Position numbers and translations under genes: made by a program. The notes beneath the pieces are model-generated. The model worked only from the letters and a program-made list of their open reading frames with translations. It had not been told where the DNA came from and searched no databases. A stretch of DNA of 64,000 nt from Octopus sinensis (Eukaryota): NCBI RefSeq assembly GCF_006345805.1, contig NC_043004.1:90396001-90460000 (forward strand), in the 5' to 3' direction. Below are positions 39,401 to 52,473 of this stretch, one piece after another (the first letter of the stretch is position 1; each line of letters begins with the position of its first letter).

Positions 39401-41728
39401 TTAAGGTTGTTAAATTTCACTGTCACTCTGGCTCTTGCTCATGCCTATTAATGTTTACGTGAGATCGGATATCTTGGTTGGGAATTCAGTTCAGATATTG
39501 GAAAACTAACTGCAAGTTGTTTACTATATCCTGTTGCCAACGCTATCTTGTGTCTGTGAAGAGGTGAGTTCTGGCGGTATGACTCACTGCCGTAAGCCAT
39601 TCTAGCAATGCATTGCACTTCCTTGGCTTGAAGCGTCCAGTTAAATTCTTTTCATAGGAACACTTCTTTGTAATAATCCAATGCTAAGTGCTTTGTTAAT
39701 ACGATATGAGTACTGGTCCTCTGTAGATTTATGGTTGGGAAATGTCTGAATTTAATTGATGTTATAAATGTGAGTACTTAACAAATTTGAATAAAGACAT
39801 GAGTGGCGCATTAGTGGCGCATTTGAAGGAGACGGGGTTTGCTATTTTTAGCTCCTTTATCATTGATCCAATAGGTATGTTGTTGTTTAACCCTTGGTTG
39901 ACCTGCATCAAGCAGTGTTCCAACCTTGGTCATCCCATCTTTTTGTGTATATGTTAGGGACTACATCGTGCAGTGTATTCTTATTAAGATGATGTATGAT
40001 TTGAGGGAAATTTGGCTGCTACTTTTAGCAAGTTGAACACCTGCATAAAGACTTATTATTTTGTGTCTTGTTTGGTGGTGGTTGATGGCTGCAGTCACAT
40101 GAAACTCCAAATTAGATTAAAGAGTCAGGAATATTAAGTTTTGTAACATTCTTATCTATTATATCAGTGAGATGCATATAAAAAAAATGTTTCTGAAGTT
40201 CATTCCTAGCCTGAACACGCTTGTACATATATTCTAGACATCCATTTATGAGGTCTTATATACACACATGCCAGCATGCATAGACATGCACTCCTATACT
40301 CTTAAACGAAGAGGGGTGAAAGTATAATATGAGCTCTACTAAAATCGTTGACTAATCCTTCAGTTTAATATTAAACTGTTTTATTGTAACTTGACATAAA
40401 CACACACACAAACAAAGAATAAAAGCAATTATTTTTTTTATTCTTCTAACATGTGGATATGTGTGTGTGTGTGTGTGTGTATGAATGAGAGAGAGGAGTT
40501 AAGAAGCTTGTTTCCTATGTGGTCTTAGTTTTAGCCTCACTGTATAATGTCTTGGACAAGTCTTCTACTATAGCTCTAGGTTAACCAAAGCCTTGAGAGT
40601 GTATTTGGTAAGCAGAAACTGAAAGAAGCTTTGTGTGATCAGCGTTTAATGTTCATTTTGCATGCTGGCATGGCTTGGATGGTTTGACCAGTGCTGGCAA
40701 GCAGGAAGAGCTACATCAAGTTCCAGTCTGATTTGGCTTGGTTTCTCTGGCTAGATGCTGCCTTCCTAATGCCAACCATTTTACAGTGTGTGCCTTTAAT
40801 GTGACACCAGCACAAGCACTTTTACATGGCATCAGTACAGGACTCTTGCAGGCCACCCCTTGTGTGTGTGTGTGTGTGTGCATGTGAGAGTACTTGTGCG
40901 TACCTTCCTTCTGACATCACATGATGGTTGTAGATGAGCGTCTCCATCATATGTGTTGTTCATTTCCAGCCTTCTGTGAAAAACATATCTGGCCGTGGGA
41001 AATATTACCATGCTTGTAAACAAGTGAAAGTTGGTAACAGGAAGGGCATCCAGCTATAGAAAATTTACCTCAGCAAATTCTGTTTGATCCATGCAAGTAT
41101 GCAAAAGTAGACATTAAGTGATGATGATGATGTATGTGTAAAGTAATTTTAGCACCTGATAACGAATAGAGGCCAAACTGCTTGTAACATTTTTCTAAAA
41201 ACAAAAATAATGAGTAAATTAGTCTGAAATAAATATTTCCTTTGCCAGTCACTAATTATACGTTGGTCTCACTTTGTTCATTACAGTAATGAGATGAGGT
41301 CATGGATTCCACCAGTCAGAAACTGAAATTTTTTTATCTTAATTATCACAAATTGCTCTTTGAAGCAGATTGTTTTATATAAATTAACGGTGTGCCCTAC
41401 TTTGTCACTGTGCTATACACATTCAGTGTATACATAGATTAGCTGTGTGCCCTACTGTATATATTATGCATCTGTTGTCAGATTATAAGCATAGTTGCTA
41501 AACATTGCATGATTAGAAGTATCTATCAATGGATATTAGGGACACTTGGTCAAAAAAAAAAAGTTTTACATCTATGCTTTCTCATGTTAGCATGGTTGGG
41601 GATGATTTGTACAAATTTAGTAATTGTTTTTATCTACTAGGTAACTGTGCTTCCTTCTGTAAACAGGCATGGCTGTGTTGATAAGAGGTTCACTCCACAA
41701 CCAAGTAGTTTTAGGTTCGGTAAAAGGT

Positions 41729-41963
41729 AAGGCGGTGAGCTGGCAGAAACGTTAGCACGCCCGGCGAAATTCTTAGCGGTATTTCGTCTGCTGCTACGTT
41801 CTGAGTTCAAATTCTGCCGAGGTCGACTTTGCCTTTCATCTTTTCGGGGTCGATTAAATAAGTACCAGTTACGCACTGGGGTCGATATAATCGACTTTAT
41901 CTCTTTGTTTGTCCTTGTTTGTCCTCCCTGTGTTTAGCCCCTTGTGGGTAGTAAAGAAATAGG
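41729..41963 (+). mobile_element. SINE-B, full length, nested in an old SINE-A head
   Basis: A- and B-box head; an imperfect 37-bp flanking duplication at 41682-41718 and 41964-42000. Confidence 0.9.
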
Positions 41964-43040
41964 TAAGAGGTTCACTTCACAATCTAGTAGTTTCAGGTTC
42001 AGTCCTACAATGGAGCTCCTTGGGCTTAGTGTCTTCCACTATAGCGATAGGTTGACCAAAGCCTTGTGAGTTGGTTTGTGTGGTGTGTGTGGGTGCTTAA
42101 CAGTAAGTATGTCCCTGACAGCTAGTACCACACTTGTACTAATTGTTTTCAGTGCCTGCCTGGTCAGAAGCAGACAAACATTTTCTCAGCCCTCCCATTC
42201 TTGACCTATCAAAGCAGATATGACAACTGCAGCCTGCTACTACTCATTTCCAGCAGAGTAAACTGGTGCAATGTGAAATTATGTAGCTTGTTCAAGGACA
42301 CGACATGCCACCCAGTCTAGGAACCAAACTTAGGATTTTATTGATTGCAAGCCTAATCACTATGCCACGTGCTTTCACTATTAATATGTGTGTGTGACAG
42401 AGAGAGACATAGAGATAGAGAGTGCATTTGTTGTTTGTGTCTCGACGTGCTAATTGTGAATAAATGTCACTGTTATTCAAGTGTCGTTGTCCAGTTGTAA
42501 TCTCTCACGAAAATCTGTTGCGTCATTGTGCTGGTTGTGTTTGAAGGATGTAGGGAAATATTAATTAGATTGGAAACAGGTTAAGTCTGGTGAAAAGAAG
42601 AGTATTTGTTAATAGAAAATCTACCTGAATGAATTTTGTTATGATTGCATGCTGTTTCTATGACTGTGTGATTAAGAGGTTTGCTTTGTAAACATGTTAT
42701 TTCAGGTTTCAAATCAGTGCATAGCTCCTTAGTCAAGTATCTTTTACCATAGTCTCTAGTCTATCAAAGCCTCATGAGTGAAAGCAATACAGAAATCTAT
42801 CAGAGAGACTGTTCCTGTTCTGAAGTGGTAGACTTAATAACATTCAGGTTAGGAGGTCTCAAGTTTGCAGATGACTTCCTCCTTTCCCCTACCAATCTCA
42901 AAGATTTTGATGAGGATCAGGGAAACTACTCTTCCTCTTCTGGTTAAGTAACATAAAAAAAAAAACCCACTCTGTTAGGTCTTGTTCAAATGTATGATAC
43001 AACACAATGGCAGAGTGTATTTTCATGAAAGATTGCAAAT

Positions 43041-43452
43041 AGGCGCTGGAGTGGCTGTGTGGTAAGTAGCTTGTTTACCAACCACATGGTTCCGGGTTCA
43101 GTCCCACTGCATGGTACCTTGGGCAAGTGTCGTCTACTATAGCCTCTGGCCGATCAAAGCCTTGTGAGTGGATTTGGTAGATGGAAACTGAAAGAAGCCC
43201 GTCGTATATATGTATATATATGTATGTATATGTGTGTGTGCGTGTGTGTCTGTGTTTGTCCCCCTAGCATTGCTTGACAACCGATGCTGGTGTGTTTATG
43301 TCCCCGTCACTTAGCGGTTCAACAAAAAGAGACCGATAGAATAAGTACTGGGCTTACAAAGAATAAGTCCCGGGGTCGAGTTGCTCGATTAAAGGCGGTG
43401 CTCCAGCATGGCCGCAGTCAAATGACTGAAACAAGTAAAAGAGTAAAGAGTA
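43041..43452 (+). mobile_element. SINE-A, full length, near-consensus
   Basis: A-box TGGCTGTGTGG, B-box GGGTTCAGTCCC, tail aagtaaaagagtaaagag. Confidence 0.92.
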
Positions 43453-43595
43453 AATGAACAACAGCACTTAAATGATAGTGATATTTGTTCACAATTAGCA
43501 AACTGTGAAACAAAGAGACACAAATGCACTCACTCTCTCTCATACACACTCACACATGCTCTGAAGGGATATGGCTCAGTGGTTAGGATATATAA

Positions 43596-43830
43596 AAGGC
43601 GGCAAGCTGGCAGAAACGGTAGCACACCGGGCAAAATGCTTAGCGGTATTTCGTCTGCCATTACGTTCTGAGTTCAAATTCCACAGAGGTCGACTTTGCC
43701 TTTCATCCTTTCGGGGTCGATAAATTAAGTACCAGTTACGCACTGTGGTCGATATAATCAACTTAATCCATTTGTCTGTCCTTGTTTGTCCCCTCTGTGT
43801 TTAGCCCCTTGTGGGTAGTAAAGAAATAGG
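43596..43830 (+). mobile_element. SINE-B, full length
   Basis: TSD GGTTAGGATAT at 43581-43591 and 43829-43839. Confidence 0.9.
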
Positions 43831-45524
43831 TTAGGATATTTGATCTTGCAATCATAAAATTGTGATGGAGGTGGTGGTGTCTGAACTTTAAACATTACGT
43901 AGTCGGTTGGTTGTGACATTTGGTACCTTTCATTTGCTCCTTTTTCGTTGTATTTTGTTTTTAATATTTTAGATATAACAAATCTTAATACATGGACTGT
44001 AACAAAAACGAATCTAAAGGCTCAGTCTTTGGGAATGTAATAATGCTTGTTATGATAAGGAAGAGTGACTTATGGTTTAACATTCATAATCTCTTTTATG
44101 ACTAATGGTTTTTAACATTCTATATAATGTTTAAATTCAAAGTCAGTTTATCTGTATACCTATTTCACAGTTTTTGCAAAATCAATTTGTGATGCAAAAA
44201 TGTTTCAACTGCATTTCTAGGTCTAGGAGTCCTTGAAATGAGATGAAATATTGTTCCTTATTTTATATTGTTATAAAAATTTTCCACCCATTCAAAGAAG
44301 AGACAAAAAATTACTAGCATTTTTTGTGCAAACATACTGATATACCACGCTATATATTTTTGTTTAAAGTAATAAACTTCAATGAAATATGTAAACCTAT
44401 TTATTTTTTTTTTTTTTGTGGGTGAGAAAATATTAGATTTGTCCTGACAAGTTACATCTCTTTTGGAGATTAATTGAAGAACATGTACCTTCATTTTCTC
44501 ACCAGAGAGTGATTAACAACTTTTGGCTTGTAAGTATTTACTTGTCTTCCAGTGAATCTCCAGAGATGAAACCAGTCAGGACAATTCCACTATTTTTGTT
44601 GCCCTCAAACAAACATTTGTTTACATTTCATGACAAGGTTTATAATTTGAAATTCTGGGTATAAATCTTATATTACCCAAAGTACACAGTTTGTGTATTT
44701 AATTAATCATGTTACTAATGATGCATAATCATACAAATTATATTGGCCAGTTCAGCTCGATTCTGGTTTAATTAGTTATTATCAACATGCCCCTCCTAAA
44801 ATTTCCTCACACCTGTTGCTCATTTATAAATTTACAATCTGCTAATTTCTTTCCATTTGAATTTTTTCAAATTTAAAGTTTGATTACGAGGTTCAGATCT
44901 TTGTGTTACTTTGGTGTTTCTTTAAATATTTTTTTGTTCTTCCTGCAATATAGGGTTAATTACAATTAATCCACGAGTGCTTAATTGTATATTTTCTCAT
45001 GAAGCCTATAATTAGTGTGCACTAAATTTTCCATTAATTATATTATTCATAGAAATCTACTCTCCTTTTGGTATTTTTTCTTCATTCATTAACATGTGTA
45101 CTATATAGCACTTATTAGTAATTTATAATAATAATTATGATAAACTTGTTTCAACAAAAGGACCTTTATCTTTCTAATGTAGTGGTTCTCAAATTTTCCA
45201 AAAAATTTTATATGCTCGTCCCTTTACAGTTTTTTCGTTGATTCGTGGTCCTTATTATATGCAGGATAATTAACATGGAAAAAATGACATACATTTGTGT
45301 CTGGTAATTTCCAGACTATGAACTGCGCTGCCCATTCCACACAATACACCATTGGGATACAATACATAGACATGAAAATATGGGGAATCAGTTGATCAAT
45401 TTGTTACAAAACAGATGAGAAATGAAAACAGTCTGAAAATATTCCCAGCATCCAATATGAACAACTGCGTAAGACCCATTTATGCCCATTTGGTAGAAAG
45501 AAACCACAGATCATACACTGAAAA

Positions 45525-45621
<97 letters not shown>

Positions 45622-45622
<1 letters not shown>

Positions 45623-46196
45623 ACTTGTCCGGCAGGACAAGTGAGGCCATAACCCATGGCCTCTACCTGGGATGTAGCCAGTCCACTTATGCATACCCTT
45701 CCTTCTTGGGACACAAAACTCTACTTGTGAAGACCTGTTGAGGCAAGTGAGAATCAGAATCAAATGGAAATCGATCAATATCAATGGAAATTGTAGCTGT
45801 GATACCAGTGCCGGTGGCACATAAGCGAACTATCCGAACGTGGCCATTGCCAGCGCTGCCCCGACGGGCATCTGTGCCGGTGGCACGTAAAAAGCACCAT
45901 CCGATCATGGCCATTGCCAGCCTCGCCTGGCCCCCGTGCTGGTGGCACGTAAAAAGCACCATCCGACTGTGGCTGTTTGCCAGCCCTGTCTGGCACCTGT
46001 GCCAGTGGCACGTAAAAAGCACCCACTACACTCATGGAGTGGTTGGTGTTAGGAAGGACATCCAGCCATAGAAACATTGCCAGATCAGACCGGGCCTGGT
46101 GCAGCCTTCTGGCCTCCCAGACCCCAGTTGAACCGTCCAACCCATGCTAGCATGGAAAGCGGACACTAAATGATGATGATGATGATAATTGTCGTT
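45622..46196 (+). mobile_element. Longest (GAT)n-tailed retroposon copy, nested in the hAT element
   Basis: Extends about 170 bp 5' of the other copies with no tRNA head; four internal repeat units. Confidence 0.8.
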
Positions 46197-46609
46197 CTCA
46201 AGCTTTTAGCATCACCTTCCCCTTTCACCATGTTTAAGATGTTATTCCTCCCCATTGTCAGGTCATTTCTCATATTGATTATCCAAGGGGTGTATTTCAA
46301 CCAATTTAGCTATTTTCAACAGAAGAATTTTAATAACATCCCAAAATGTACAAAAGTTTCGGCCAATTGGACAACTAGTATGCACAGAAAACTGCAAAAC
46401 CACAATTTTAGTAAAAACAACTTCTCCTCCTCCTGAAGGTTTGCCATCCTTTTTCTTGAATCCCTAATACGTAACATAACAACAAAAATTATATAAGAAT
46501 TTATTTATTCACAAAAACAGATCCACTGTTGTTTTATTTTCAGTAAGGTAACCACCAGCTCTTCTATGTTTGGTTCTGTTTTAGAGAGGGCAACCCTCAT
46601 TTCTGGTGT

Positions 46610-48215
46610 GACATCCAGTCAATCTCGTGATTTCATTTTGATAGCAAAGAGAATGGAAAATGCAGTCTCACACTCGTAGGTGGTTGGAAATGGCATCATT
46701 ACTTTAAACGACATCTTTGTGACAACAAGATATGACCGTGCCATTTCAATCCAAAAGTCAGAACAGCACATTTCATGGATAAGACGTTTTGCACCTCGAT
46801 CATTGATTAAAACAATGGACTGCTCTTGAATTGTCTTCTGTTGGCAGATCACTAACAGAGATTACAAAGGGGTTCCTGATAAAGTGGAAGTAATTGTCAA
46901 AGTCATGAAAATCAGGAAAATAAAGAGAATATTTCTCTGCCAAGTATTGACATATTTCATGAGTTCAATGATATCGTCATTGACTTGAAGCTCGTTTTCA
47001 TCAATAAACACGTTTAGTTGAGGAAAAGATGCAAAGTTCTTTCTATCCAACTGGATTTTGCCAAAGTTCAAGCTTCATTTTGAAAACAGTTTTTTATGAG
47101 AAATGAAGCATGATTATATCTTTCCTTACAGTGAAAGATTGATGGCATTTACTGACTCGAATATGACTACCAAAAGTGCCAAGCAGTTCAGAAAATGAAC
47201 ATCAGAGAATCTGGTGTGCAAATCTCAATTGATATCTTGTAAAATATAGTGGACTTCTTTTTGCTGAAGGAGGACCCTCTTCATTATTTTTCCTCTCCAG
47301 TGCTATAGAAACGTTTTGAATTCAGAATCACTTTCTTCGCACAACTCAGCAAACAGACACAAGTAGAGTATGTTCGCTTTGATGAAGTTTACCACTGTAA
47401 ACATGTAATTCAGAACGTTTTTTTAACTCACCAGACATGGTTTTCACCATTAGTGTTTGTCAGTAAATTATGCAGTGTGTACCAATAGCACTTGGAGATT
47501 TTTCTTTCACCAAAGCCTGAAAACCGGAATGGCAACCAAGCATTGCCAGAGCACCATCGGTGCACACACCAATGACATGCTCTCAGTTGATATTATGTGT
47601 CTCAAAAAATTTGTCCTCTTTGTTAGATATTTCCCTTGCAGTTGTTTTGGTGCTAAGGGGTCCGCAAAATAGGAACTTGTCCTCCAGATGATGGTTAACG
47701 TACAAAGATGCAAAGTTGGGTTAAATTGGAAACCTCTGTTGTTTCCTCAAGCAGGATCATGAAAAAGTTAAGAAGCGAATTGTGAATCTTAGAGATCAAC
47801 TGCGACAGAGTGTTTATCAGATGGCTTAGTTATTCATCTGCTAACAGTATTGTTTGGGAGGGAGACATGCTTCAGCTTTTGAAATTCTGAACTTCCTAGC
47901 ACATTAGATATATCTTTGCAGCAAGACAATACCAACTCCTCACCGGTATTGTGGGGCTTTTTGGCAACATCTATTTTCTTTGAAATCTCATAGGATGCTT
48001 TTAAACCAGCTGTAATGTCCAGCAACAAACATTCCTGTGTCATCAAGTTTGGACTTTGTCCATCTGTCGGTTTCATGTCTGAAGAAGTTGACATTTCTGT
48101 TTATTGATTCAGGCTGCTTTGTTTTCGAAGAGCCTCTTTAACTCGCTGGGCTTTAGTGAAGTAGACACCAAAATCTCAGAGCACAAAATACGCTGTGCTT
48201 TCCTTCTCCGTCATA
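46610..48215 (-). pseudogene. hAT Buster-type transposase pseudogene (ZBED5/ZBED8-like family)
   Basis: Fragments LKASYEISKKIDVAKKPHNTGEELVLSCCKD...LPNNTVSR, GVCTDGALAMLG...THCII and MPFPTTYECETAFS, with many stops and frameshifts. Confidence 0.9.
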
Positions 48216-48946
48216 CTTTATTACAGTAAAATTGAATTTCAAATAAGATTTGTCATATTTTCTTTTCTTTTTTGGAGGCATTATAAAAAACATAAAATTC
48301 AGTAAATCAATTTAATATAACCACATTTTATATTTATTTTGCATTTGTCATTTACCATGGGGTGCACTAATTAACAATAAAGCTTGCCTCTCACTATTAA
48401 TTGTAGAAGAAATCCAAAGTGCATATGAGCATTGTTATTGTCTGTGAAGTGATAACCATCGAAAAGACAGTTCTGTCAGAACTCGTTGCCATGAAAAACA
48501 ACCATGCCTTATAAAGCCCAGCCATCATGTGGGATGAGAAAGGGTGTCTGGCAAAGGGCAAAGTCATGCAGGAACATGCACCAATGAGTGGAGTGGTGAA
48601 TCATGTGAGCATAGAATACCGACAGCACATGCATGATCAACCATTATAGCTGCATATTTTCCATTGGCCAGTCACACTTGTACAACAAGCGTGATTAGCA
48701 AATGAGTGTGTATGAGTGGCATGTGTTTTTGAAGTCAACAGCAAAAAAAGGATGATAGCATGCAAAACAAGAAAGTCTTGAAATTTTAAAACTTAGCTGT
48801 CTCAGGCCACCTGTTTTCATGACAATTCAGTGTCCCTTCCCGGTCCTCCTAAAATCACTTTGTGGACCCCAATTTGAGAACCGCTGTTCTAATGCTTTCT
48901 CCATCTTTCTTTGAAGAATGCCAGTAGTTGAGTAAATAAAGGACTA

Positions 48947-49287
48947 AGTTAAGTTAGTTAATTTTTTGGCTCAAAAAGCAAAAAGCAAGGCCATGTAGGG
49001 GGACATGGAGTTATGTACAGGGAGGGTGTTCATGCAAAGAGTTCAGGCCATTTCTGGTCAAAAGAGACTTTGAACCTAGCGGTCGTCGGCATCTTCACTA
49101 TCTTGTCCGGCAGCTTATTCCACGGATCCGCAACCCGGATGGAGAAAGCCCCTCTCCTTCAATTGAGATGAAATCGTCGCAGATAGAGCTTTTCGGAGTG
49201 ACCCCGCAGCTGACGCTCTGGAGCAGGAGTGAAGAACAGCTCTTTCGAGAGGTTACACTTTCCGCTTATGATGTTGTGAGCAAGAAT
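48947..49287 (-). mobile_element. CR1-type LINE 3' end
   Basis: Reverse complement of the same element, about 60 bp from the hAT TSD. Confidence 0.88.
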
Positions 49288-50047
49288 AGAGAAATAATTG
49301 GAGCTGATTTATTTTGATCTTGTTTCCAGTGTGTTGTGTCTGTGGCCAAGATGCAGGTTCAGTCCACTGTGCAAAAAACAGGTATCGCACATTGGAACCA
49401 CTCATCACTTTAAGTAGTGGCAAAGTACTGCAAAATTTGATAAGTGGTTATTTAGCAGATGAGTTTAACTCAGTCTGTGAGTATAGCTTGTGAAATGGCA
49501 GCTGTCTCTGTCTTGACTGATTTACTTCTGAGACATTCTACATGAATAGGAAGCAATCATAGATGTTTCAGTAAACTAACAGATTAATGAATTTGTCCAC
49601 TGCCATCACTTATTTTTGTTGTTTAGTCAGCATTACAACCTACTGTAGGAGCCTCTGTATGCTAAAAATAAGTCCAATCTCCCCCATGTCACATCCTGCC
49701 ATTTGAAAAATTGAGGACACTTTGAATAATGTATCAAAAATGCTTATTCCTGTAAATAAGACAAAATGGTATATCTGGAAAGATTTGATCTTAGGGTCTA
49801 CTCAATCAGAGCTCACCTAGGGCTAAACAATCACAACCATGGAAGCTAATTGGTGACATTGGTGCTGTATTGAACTGTCTATAAACAGGGTTTCAAATTT
49901 CATTACAGGCATTTTTGTTACCCATTTGTGGAAGTATACTTGATTCTACAAATCTCAGTTGGCCTATTTGTCTGAGAAATAAGTACAAAATCATTTGAGA
50001 GTATTTTTTTGATGGTCTAGCATCCTGAGAAACAATTACCCCCTTAA

Positions 50048-50268
50048 CCCTTTAGTGTTCACATTATTCTGCCAAAATTAATCCTTTTTTATCCACATTG
50101 TTTTGAACTAATCATGCATTATCTTGTAGCATTGAGATTTTGATGAGGTAGCTATTAATTTTTAAAACGACATTGTAGGGTTGGTGTGAGAGGTCAGATC
50201 TGGCCAGTTTGACCATAAAACAGACAGAATACTTTTGGCCGGATATGGCCGGTTTAAATGCTAAAGGG
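50048..50268. mobile_element. piggyBac-type MITE-A
   Basis: TTAA|CCCTTTAGTGTT...AATGCTAAAGGG|TTAA. Confidence 0.9.
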
Positions 50269-50823
50269 TTAAAGACCATGAAACACTTTGACTTGTCCCT
50301 CATTCTTATAGCTTAGGAAATATTACACTCTGTTACTTTTAGATATACTAACTGTATAGAATGATATATGTTGTCTCAGGTTTAACACTTTAGTTTATTA
50401 TAATTCTGTGTTAGCTATATTGATGCATTCATAGAATAGTATGGTTTCTTGTCTGTTTAACACTTTAGCAATTATAAGAATAATCATATTAAATATGTTA
50501 ATATATTGATATGAAATTAATGGAACTAAAATTTGGTGATGGTAACATTGTAGAATGCACAAGAGGCTTGCTAACCTCAGTTCTTCCTGTGAGTGGTGAC
50601 CAGAGTTGTTGAATAATCCACTTGGTCTCATCTTGAACTCAGTAATGTTTGATCTCTCATTCACTCACTGATGGATATACTTAATCACAAAAGGTCTAGA
50701 AATTCTCTTGATTACCTTACAACAGACGAAGGGTGGGTGATCAAGCTAAAGAAAACCGGGCAGGATCTTACCTTTATAAATGCTTCATTCATTTATGTCT
50801 TTTTTTTCCTTTTTTTTCCCAAG

Positions 50824-50999
50824 GATATAATTCGGCTGGTTGTTGGTCGTCTAAATGTGAGTGAGTCAGTTTATTCCCGATGTTATGCTCTGAAGTTGGT
50901 ACATACACAATCGCGAGAGAGCTTTTGGTTGCATAATGACCTGACCATGTTCCAAGTTCAAGAGAAATATAATCTGAAACATCCTTACGAAGTGTGGAG
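50824..50999 (+). CDS. PTK2: Focal adhesion kinase exon (FERM F1)
   Basis: Polypyrimidine tract then aAG|GAT; donor AG|GTaagt at 51000. The 176 nt (phase 0 to 2) encode DIIRLVVGRLNVSESVYSRCYALKLVHTQSRESFWLHNDLTMFQVQEKYNLKHPYEVW(R), matching FAK GIIQKIV...CYGFRL...WLH.D....V.EKY...HP.EEW. Confidence 0.95.
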
Positions 51000-51491
51000 G
51001 TAAGTGTTTAACGCTGTTTACTATTTTGCTATATTTTATACTTATATTCTGAGAGACCATGTATTCTGTTACTGCTAGGTATACTATATTAACCATATAG
51101 AATGTGTGCTGTCTCAAGTTTAACCTACCTACCTTAAAAAAAAGGAAGGATAGACTTGATAATGTAACCCTAGGTAAGCTATATCTAAAAAATAAAGATG
51201 TATGGTATCAACTGGAGCACTTTTTAATAATAGGTCTGATGGGTTAGGTCTAATCTATGGCTAAACAAATGGTTGAAAGGTTGATGCTCAGTATACGTAA
51301 GATGGTTGGATGGAGAAATGATTTCTGCCAATTTCAATGATGAGGATTCAACTGTTTGGACCAACTGAATTAAATGTACATTGGATTAACATGTAAGTGG
51401 CTGAGTATTCTACAGACAAATGTACACTCAGTGTAATTCCCAAGCATAGTTAACATGGCACAGTGTGACATGGCTGTACCTTTATATTACT

Positions 51492-51870
51492 GATCATCAT
51501 CATTGTTCAACCGTGGTCAAGACAATGGAATTTACCATGCTACGCCAGATTTCACAGTCCGTCATAGCATTACGGAGATCCTGTTGCTGGATGCCTGTAT
51601 CCCTGGAGATTACATCAGGGTAGGAGAGTGTGCGCCCTCTGGTATTGCGAGTAGATGGCTTCCAGAGGAGAAGGGTAGAAGTTGCCTCATTTTCAGCTCT
51701 ACAACAATGTCCAGCAAACTGGACTCTCCTACCTTTCACAAGAAATGATACAGGTGGTAGTTTCCCATATATTTGCATTTTGGTTGGATGATACTGCCAC
51801 GAGAGATTTTGAGCTCTCATAAGGAGGTGAGTGTAGATTCCATCAAACCGCCTCTCAAGCTTCTTTGATA
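51492..51870 (-). mobile_element. RTE-clade LINE 3' fragment with (GAT)n tail
   Basis: KKLERRFDGIYTHLLMRAQNLSWQYHPT...RVQFAGHCCR...LLWKP...WRSMV, a typical RTE ORF C-terminus. Confidence 0.88.
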
Positions 51871-51891
51871 ATGTCCTTTTTTTTTTTTTTC

Positions 51892-52074
51892 ATAGCTTCA
51901 AGTTGACCCATAACTTGTGAATGAAGCTGGGTAGATGGAAACTGCATAGAAGCCAATTGGATGAATCATATCAGTAATAAGTCCATATTACTGATATGAT
52001 TCATCCAATTGGCTTCTATGCAGTTTCCATCTACCCAGCTTCATTCACAAGATATGGGATCAACTTGAAGCTAT
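51892..52074. repeat. Long inverted repeat (fold-back), 66-bp perfect core
   Basis: 51914-51979 is the exact reverse complement of 51986-52051; loop AGTCCA; pairing extends about 22 bp further with one mismatch and one bulge. Confidence 0.95.
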
Positions 52075-52164
52075 AAAAAAATTACATTTGTCCCAGGTGC
52101 CATGGGGGGCTGCATAGTTGTGAAGCAAACTTTTTAACAATTCAGTCATCATACTGCAACTTAA

Positions 52165-52378
52165 CCCTTTCGTTACTAACCTGGCTGAAACCGGCTCTGA
52201 GTACAAATGTCTTGTTTTCAAAAGTTTTGAATTAAAATCTTCCACCAACCCTTAGTCACAATTTATGTTCCTAATACTAGCTGAATGATGACCGAGTCAT
52301 TTTACGAAATTCTTTGTTATATTTAAAGTAATTGAAAGAAGCCCAAAGCATCTCAAAATAAATACAGTAACAAAAGGG
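52165..52378. mobile_element. piggyBac-type MITE-B, about 95 bp upstream of the FAK exon acceptor
   Basis: TTAA TSD and family TIRs. Confidence 0.9.
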
Positions 52379-52473
52379 TTAAGGTTAAGCAGTACTAGAA
52401 TGCCATCTAACATGGTGCTCTTTCTCTCTGTCTGTCTCATATGTTAACTTTTATTTTTGTTTACATTATGCAG

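Larger units (their letters stand above)
45180..48886 (-). mobile_element. hAT (Buster/Charlie-type) DNA transposon, bounded by both termini, decayed
   Basis: TIRs tAGTGGTTCTCAAA / TTTGAGAACCGCTG; perfect 8-bp TSD TTCTAATG at 45172-79 and 48887-94 (nnnTAnnn). Confidence 0.92.

Noticed and set aside
39480-39569. Strong donor GAG|GTGAGT in FAK intron 1
   Set aside because: Frames tested from nearby acceptors contain stops, and the flanking FAK exons already join without a gap in homology.
41729-41820. tRNA-like A/B boxes
   Set aside because: These are SINE heads followed by SINE bodies; no complete cloverleaf, so not called tRNA genes.
45790-46030. Regularly spaced repeats resembling a CRISPR array
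   Set aside because: The intervening sequences are similar to each other, the array lies inside a eukaryotic retroposon, and there are no cas genes.
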